DNA of 64,000 bases from Paramecium tetraurelia. Taxonomy: Eukaryota. The translations under genes and the position numbers were made by a program. Each line of letters begins with the position of its first letter. Position 1 is the stretch's first letter. The notes beneath the pieces were generated by a model. That model had not been told where the DNA came from, did no database searches, and worked only from the letters and a program-made list of their open reading frames with translations. Below, piece after piece: positions 56,974 to 64,000 of this stretch. Location of the stretch: positions 186,001 to 250,000 of the forward strand of contig CT868285.1 of the NCBI GenBank assembly GCA_000165425.1. Direction: 5' to 3'.

Positions 56974-58184
56974 TTGTATATCATAAATTCACTTCTACAT
57001 ATCTCACATACCTAATTTATTACATTTCTCTGGCCAATCCATTCTTCAACTAATTCTTATTTGCTTCCATGAATATACCTCAGCTTAGACATAAAAAATC
57101 ACCTTGAGGAACTAAGTGTTATTTATTTCATAATTTATAGTCGCAATTAAGTTCTATACTAAGTCTATATATTTAAACCTAAATCAAATTTGATAAAGAC
57201 ATCATTTTCTCATTTAGTCTCGGATGAAGAGCTTAAATAATTTTATTTCATGACCATTCAAATTCACCAATAAAAAAATCATCTTATTTTATAAATATTT
57301 TTGTCATGAATTCGAAGGTTACATTCAATTTCTCAGTTATAATACTAAAATTAAGAATATATTTAAATTCCATGAAAATTCACTATAATAATATTAGAAT
57401 TTAAGCATGATTTCAATTTATTTACCCTTTTTATTTAAAATACATCTGAAATTCATTTTGAAATAGTTAGAATTATAAAATTACTTTTATATATATATTT
57501 TGGTTATTAATATATTTTAATTAAATTTCAAAATATTTGGAATTTTTGGTTCAATTTCCATGTTGAGTTTATTGTATTTGGTAGTGATACTAATTATATA
57601 TATATATTAAAAAAAAAGTATGTTAAACTAATTAATCTAAAATTTTATCATTTTTTCTGATTTAATTTTGTTTTGTTCTGGCAAGGAAGAATCAAAGGAT
57701 ACACTTTTGGAATGAATAACTCTGTAAAATGGATAAGTTCTCACAATTTTCAATAAACTTTAAATAATAATCATGAAATGACTCATAAATGATAAATCTT
57801 AAATCACAATATAGATACTGAAATTTGAATCGTTTTGTTTTTGTATTGCATTAAATATATAAAATAAAATGAATGAATAATAATAGCCTCCCAGAGAAAC
57901 ACTAAATGCTTTTCAACATATCAAAATTATCAAAAGGATCATTATAGAGATATCAATAATACAATTATCGATTGAATCAATTAGACCTATTATTAAAAGG
58001 AGTAGCCATTCTTAGATTAAAATAGCACACTAAAATTAGAGTAAAAGGTTCAGATTCATTATGAAACATAAAAATTAGATGATAAAGTGGTGTTGGAAAA
58101 ATTCTTAAAATTAGAAAGGATGATTCATAAGCAGACTTAGCTAAAAGAAACCCTCATAAAAAACCATGATTTGATTATAAATGA

Positions 58185-58520
58185 TCAGAAATCCAAACTT
58201 TGTTTTTTTAATTATATAAGCCCTTTTAATGGTTGCAGCTTTGTTAGGGTTTTCCTTAAATTGATTAGGTCCTCGATTTATTCCAAATTTTTTAACTGTT
58301 CTTCGTATTTTTGAGTTTAAAGGGTAGGATCAATGATTTTCAAAACTGAGATTTGGGATTCAATCATGCCCACAATAGCTCCTTTATTCCATCCTTTTGT
58401 GTATGAATCGTTGTATATATTGGTGTCAACTTTAGCTTTTCCTTCTGTAACCCCTTTTAAGAATGCCTATTCTGCGATTTGATTAGGGATGAATGCAATA
58501 TTATCAAAATCATCATTCAT
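58185..58520 (-). CDS. LTO1/ORAOV1-like (Yae1_N family) Fe-S delivery adaptor
   Basis: MNDDFDNI..EQAFLKGVTEG..KGWNKGAIVG Gly-spaced helix; ends SLDF*. Confidence 0.65.
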
Positions 58521-58544
58521 AATTTATATATATTGATCATTTCT

Positions 58545-59144
58545 TCAATTCTAAATATTCAGCATAAGTTATTTAGGCTTTAGATGTTTCAAAAGTAGTC
58601 AAATCAATCTTCTCCAATACGTTTTAGTAATTCTTCCATATCATGCTTTTCCTATCAAATGTTGCAAAGTTGTATTCATATTCCACTCTCCTTCGGCTGC
58701 TTCTTCGGGTAGAAATGTAGCTCCATATTCTAAAAAGGATTAGATAAATTGATTGTCATTCAACACTTCTTTACCTCTCTTAGAAAGCTATTATACTTGT
58801 TTTTTTCCCTACTTGCTATTGATTCCATTTTTTGCCTTTCTAAGTGTTGACCAAAAATCTCACTCCAACATCTAAAAAAATTAATTCTTTGGTCTATATT
58901 GAAGGGAACCTATTATCCTAAAGGCAGTTAGATAGGTATATTTTGATAATTGTTAACTCAAAGTGCAAGGGCAAAATGTTCCTATGCAATCTCTAAAATT
59001 TTGTTTGTTCGCATAATTAGTCACAAATACAGGCGTATCAAAATCTTAGAAGGTTGGCTTAGGCACATCTTATTTTTGTAAGGATGAAATCAGGACATCA
59101 AAACAATAAGCTCAATGAATTGGGAGAGCTTAATTAATTTACAT
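58545..59144 (-). pseudogene. AMMECR1: AMMECR1-family pseudogene
   Basis: H*AYCFDVL, PVFVT, FRDCIGTF (canonical LRGCIGTF), frameshift before DNRFPSI, GATFLPE, KA*Y: two in-frame TGAs plus frameshift(s). Confidence 0.85.
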
Positions 59145-59150
59145 AATAAT

Positions 59151-60568
59151 ATGATTGGCTATCTGAGAAAAGAAAACCTAATTGAGCCTGGATGTATGTA
59201 TTTTTAAAAAAATTAAGCTGAAAAGGTGATAGTTGCAGGGAAGATAGAGAGAAAGATTTTTGAGAATATTGAAATGGAGCCTTTCGAAAAAGAATAGCTG
59301 AAAAATTTAAAGTAAGCCTTGATTAACCATCCACCCTTGAGATTACCAAAAGAGTAAGTTTCATCGATATTTTAATAGATGGTAAGATAGTGACTACCAA
59401 AGAATCTTGGCCTATTGTGATCATGATATAGCAAATACGATTCAAGTACTATATTTAGATAATATCAATAAGGTCTTAAGGCAACATCTAAATTGGAGAA
59501 ATAAGATTAATTTAGAAATTCCTCCAGAAGCTATTTTAGTATCATTTTTAATTAATTTGATAGTTAAATGGGGCGATTTACATACATGGCCACGACAAAC
59601 GTTTTCGACCAGTAATCATAATTAACACACTAAAAGCTCTTAAAGTAAATAACAATATGTATATTGTGGTAGTACAAACTATAAGAATTTAGGGAGGGTT
59701 TTGATTATTTATTCACAATGCTAATTAGAGATGTTTTGATATCTTATTATGTTGAATCAACAATAATTTTAGTAGATATGAGCAATTTAGATTAATCATC
59801 ACTCCCAATTACAAATGAAGTGATCAATTTTGTGAAAAACTGCGAATACAATTTTTACGGAAGAATACATAAAATATATATAATCGAAGACTTTTAGAAT
59901 TGGCAATGCAATCAATTACTTTAAATCTTAAAACCTGAATCATAAGACAAAGTAGTTTTTCTTTAAAAAAAGAATCTTTCGCAATTAACTAATTAAATTG
60001 AAGAAAATTAATTAGAATCTAAATATTTAGGCTTATAACCAGACATTTAAACTAATTTTTGGTAAATAGATTAAAATTTAATTAGGCCACCCAAAGATCT
60101 TTCACCAAATAAAACAGAAAAAAAGGATAAAAAAGAAGAAGCAAAGACTGTTATGAGTTACACCGATGAATTTATATCCAAATCCCAATTTATCATACAA
60201 AGAAGTCGTCCAGAAAGTAGTCAAAATAGTCAACTTTTTCTTTAAGTCTATAATGAAGAATAAGAGGTTGTTTTATCAGAAAGTCACTTAATAGAGCTTG
60301 CTGATTCAATCAACAACATATTAGAATATGTAAAGCAATATACTAAACTTTCAAGTTTCCTGATTCCCAGTTTTAATCCTCTCAACATAATTATAAAGGG
60401 ATAGATTCTGCTCCATTATAATCAACGACAATAAAGCCTAGGGATTTGTAAAAGTAGGAATCAGAAATTTGGAGTGGCTCAGAAGTTTAGATGAGTTCTA
60501 ATCTAGTTTTATAAAATCAAAAACGAGATCCTTGTTGTCAAAACTCTTCCATCTGTTAATTAATCTGA
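59151..60568 (+). CDS. CRAL-TRIO (Sec14-like) lipid-binding protein with C-terminal CaaX
   Basis: WQDSDYQRILAYCD..HLNWR, YIHGHDKRFRPVII, ILVDMS, FYGRIHKIYII, QIEENQLESKYLG; ends CQLI*; several introns. Confidence 0.85.
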
Positions 60569-61374
60569 CTATATAAAATTAATTATTACATTAATTATTT
60601 TAGAAATAGAAATGACCATATTTTGATTATTAACATCACTCATTATCTTTTTGATTTTTTAGTATAATGCATTTTCATTAAACCATAATTGATGGATTTA
60701 CTAGATTATTCTTGTTCTTAGTAACGAGTTCACAAGTTCATTTACATTTGTCCTAAGACATAATTATCTTTGATATTGACTAGGATTACTTTTTAAGAAT
60801 AATATCTTATCTTTCTGTTGAATTCGAATCAGGTTTTGAAGATTTAGGTTTATAGAAATGTTAAACTATGATATCTAAAGGAATCTGAATTATTAGATAC
60901 CTGCCATCACTTTATTTCTTCTATCGCTGATACCTAAATTAATTTTTTTAATTATTGGTTTCTAATCTACTTCTAATTGATAATTGTCGACTTCAATAAT
61001 TTCATTATTTATAACTATTAAATTATTTTAGCCAATAATGGTATAAATTATTTAATAAAATTATTAAATTATTCATTAAGATAGGTTAACAAGTGACTAT
61101 AATTAATAAAATCTAATAATTAACTTCTGCAATTATACTATAAATAATTTTATCTATATAAATTTACTAAAACAATAAGATCTGTTTTGTTATTATGAGT
61201 TTTCTATGTGTCTATAAAATTATTATAATTTTGCTTGATTAATAGTACAACAGGAATTTATTTGATCACAAACTGAATATTCAATCGTATTTGGTTATGA
61301 ATCTTTATCTCCTTCATTTACTCTCATTTATTAAGATTATGCGAATTATTAATATTAATAATAATAAATAATTA

Positions 61375-61744
61375 ATGGGTTGTTTGGAATTTTGGGTTGT
61401 AAACAGTTTTCTAGCAAGCGCAGTATTCGTAAGATTTCAATCTAAAATATTAGTTCATTTTGTTCTTAGTGGTTGATACTTAATACCCTCTTTATCCCTA
61501 TGCTGTAGCAACTGTTGATAAATAACCTGATAAAAAACCAAGTGCGACAGCTTGTATTATAGCATCTTGTGTAATAATTCAAATAATATTTAAGCTCTAT
61601 CTTTTGATCGCAGTAGGCTTACTATTTTGGAAAAAGAGCAGAGATCAAAGAATAAAGGAAAGTTAGCAATATCCTCGTTTGGCTGCTGCTTAAGGATTTG
61701 AATAATAGCAATCATCTTAAAGAGGACGTTCAATTGAATTGTGA
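61375..61744 (+). CDS. RNASEK-like two-TM protein (V-ATPase V0 subunit f family)
   Basis: MGCLEFWVVNSFLASAVF|FILFLVV..ATACIIASC|LYLLIAVGLLFW resembles RNASEK NCFIAAGLYLL; two introns. Confidence 0.6.
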
Positions 61745-61867
61745 TGCGTATTTTACACATATTTTATATTTATCTAATATGATATTCTGCAAAAATGATG
61801 CATTGGTAAAAAGTGATAAATATTTAAACTATTGTCTATCCATATATATATTTGTATGTGAAATTAC

Positions 61868-62743
61868 TCAAATCCAATGGATGAAGTGAGCATCCTTATG
61901 ATATGGGTCTGCAAGTCTTTCTAAGGGTTGATTGAATGTTCCATCCTTAAATATATATAATAAGAATACCCAATGTGCAATGTGAGATGGGCGACCATGC
62001 CACCTCTTAAGAATGTGTAAACACCAATTTGTGTCGTTGTATAACAAGTGAGCTGGTTGTCTGGCTCTCCAAGCTAGAGATTCTGATATTCTGTTTTAGA
62101 AGGTAGGCATTTCCAAGAAATGCAATGCACTGCATACATTGTGATATTGATTAATATCTTTGCTATATTCATATGAATTCTGATTTACTTTGTAAATCTA
62201 TCTTTTTGTATTGATATCACCATTTTACCATGATAGGGCAAAATAGAGGTAAAATGATCACTCAACTTAGCCAAGAAGATCCACATGACAAATACTCTTG
62301 CATAGAAATTACGGAGTGGTAACTAATTTATTGTTATGATAAGTATTTACTTCTCTCAAAACTAAATATCCTAATCCAAATCCTGACAACCATTTAGTCA
62401 ATGTCCATTCTCTCCAATAAGTATGATTTGGTTTAATGTAAATATATTTGTTAACAAATTCTTCGCATGAATATGATGTGAATGGTCTTGCCAACTAAAT
62501 TAATCTAATAATTGTAATTACTTTTGATAAATCCTTCTTGTATTTCTCGCTATGTGCTAAAAAGAATTCTTTCTTGCTTCTATTAAACACTGGTGAAAAG
62601 TTTTCATCATCAAAGTCCAATGATTTCAATTCAATATTTGCAATCATTCTGTCATCATATGCATCCTTTAATACACATCAAGATATTACTTATTCCTCTT
62701 GTGTTGGGTGCCACAATTTTGCTTTTCCCTATATGATTGGCAT
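61868..62743 (-). CDS. Conserved-looking membrane protein, probably a ciliate mitochondrial respiratory-complex accessory subunit
   Basis: Multi-exon ORF MPIIQGKAKLWHPTQEE..YLVLRE|LPLRNFYAR..HW|DGTFNQP..HWI*. Subunit identity not recognised. Confidence 0.6.
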
Positions 62744-63168
62744 AAATAATTAAATAAATAATTATATGATATTCTTAGAATTTTATCTTTGTAAAACATA
62801 TATTCAAATTACCAAGATTACTTCAATTCAAAAGTGCTTTGATTTCAAAGGTGATTAGATTGGAACTCAATAATTAAATTAGTCGTTTTTATGTACACTA
62901 AAGTTTAAGCTTTTTGTTTCAGCTTGTCTCTGAATCAATAATTCAAATTAGTTTAGTTTTGAATCTCGAATCTCCAATGAACATTCTAATTGCAATAATT
63001 TGTTTTGAAGTCCATTCTCATTGAAAATTAGAAAAATTCAATTTTTTTATATGGTCTTCACTCAAATATGTGTGTGTTTTTATATAAAATGAATGAGGAT
63101 AAGGAAAATAATCAGGAATCACAAAGCTAATGGATAATAAATATTCTATTTATAATTTGATTTTTATA

Positions 63169-64000
63169 ATGGTTGTTACAAATGAAGAAATAATGGAAGG
63201 TTTTCAAGGAGAGTAGGATCTTTAAAATTTGGCAGACAAGGTAAAGACTGAGAATGTGGAGGGAAATTACAAGCAAGTGGTGGAAACAATACAGGATTTA
63301 TTCCAATAGGAAGGACAATCAAAATAAAAATATTTTGCAATGAAAGTAATATCTTTAATCAAAGAATCAAGCTGATGATGTTATTGAGTAAGAAATAACT
63401 ATTCATCAACAGTTTCATTAAGGCTAAGAATCTCTTTGATATTTTGGGGGAACTTGCTATGTGTGACTATCAAAAACCTTACGAGTAGAGAGGATTCAAA
63501 ATATTCGGGGCTCAGGAGGGTAATATCAATTGCTTCAAATTATAGATCAATTCTATAGTCAGGGTTTCTATGATTTATTGATGGAATGCATTTCATATTG
63601 GGGAACGAAGTACGCTACCGATTAGAAGGGGAATCCTACGAAATTTGGTAGGCTTCTTGAAAAGTTAACCAACTAGGGATTGAAACCGAAGGTAGACTTG
63701 CAGCACTTTGAATTAACAGAAGAGCAAATAGAGAAATTAAAAAGTTTTAGTATGCCAACTGAATAATAAAAATTAAAAAGCAACATGAATGATTATAGTT
63801 TGGAGGAATTGAAAAAAATGTATCAAGAAATGTTCAGCCAAACAAATGACTTGGTTGAGAGTTTAGAATAAAATTTAAAGGGAGAAGACCAAGCAACTGA
63901 GATTATGGATTAATGTAAAATTGCTAATTTATTTCTAGTGATGGAAAATGCCTATAACGACGCAGAGAAATTGAAGCCAAATTTGGAATTGTTGCATGCT
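63169..64000 (+). CDS. VHS-like domain protein (partial)
   Basis: KYFAMK|LMMLL..FYDLLMECISYWGTKY..LLEKLTNQGLKP resembles the last VHS helices; followed by helical region; runs off the window. Confidence 0.55.

Noticed and set aside
59110..59116. In-frame TGA at a Cys-equivalent position of AMMECR1 (possible selenocysteine)
   Set aside because: The same gene has a frameshift, a second TGA at a Gly position and a mutated LRGCIG motif, so it is a pseudogene. I recognised no SECIS element.
7054..64000. Apparent cluster of ubiquitin-system genes (RING-H2, HECT, RBR, putative DUB, Kelch, LITAF, VHS)
   Set aside because: They are interspersed with unrelated genes and belong to large families; no evidence of a co-regulated cluster.

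Overview
AT-rich, gene-dense eukaryotic DNA from a ciliate macronuclear genome, most likely Paramecium. Genes read through only when TAA/TAG are translated as Gln, TGA is the sole stop, and ~20-30 nt GT..AG introns are removed, so the supplied standard-code ORF track shows only fragments or antisense shadows. I retranslated the window by hand and found about 30 protein genes or remnants plus tRNA-Ser(GCT). Recognisable genes: a Greatwall/Rim15/IRE-like kinase, SDHAF2, an EGF-TM-RING-H2 ligase, two tandem four-domain Cav/Nav/NALCN-type channels, a UBZ-HECT ligase, a CDKL5/LF5-like kinase, two CAMK-type kinases, a cAMP-receptor-like 7TM protein, RPL41, RPL29, an Alba protein, a Kelch protein, two tandem SK-like K+ channels, LITAF, LTO1-like, CRAL-TRIO, RNASEK-like, VHS-like, and an AMMECR1 pseudogene. 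Most notable: (1) an RBR E3 ligase fused to an apparently dead DEAH pseudo-helicase with RRM/KH-like domains; (2) non-canonical selectivity filters in the tandem channels (T-E-E-E, I-E-E-E, FVGYG); (3) an orphan protein with a papain-like Cys/His pattern; (4) an 80-aa protein with PP1-docking motifs and a CaaX box; (5) a stand-alone dynein-MTBD-like domain. All domain calls are by eye with no database searches, and exon boundaries are approximate.
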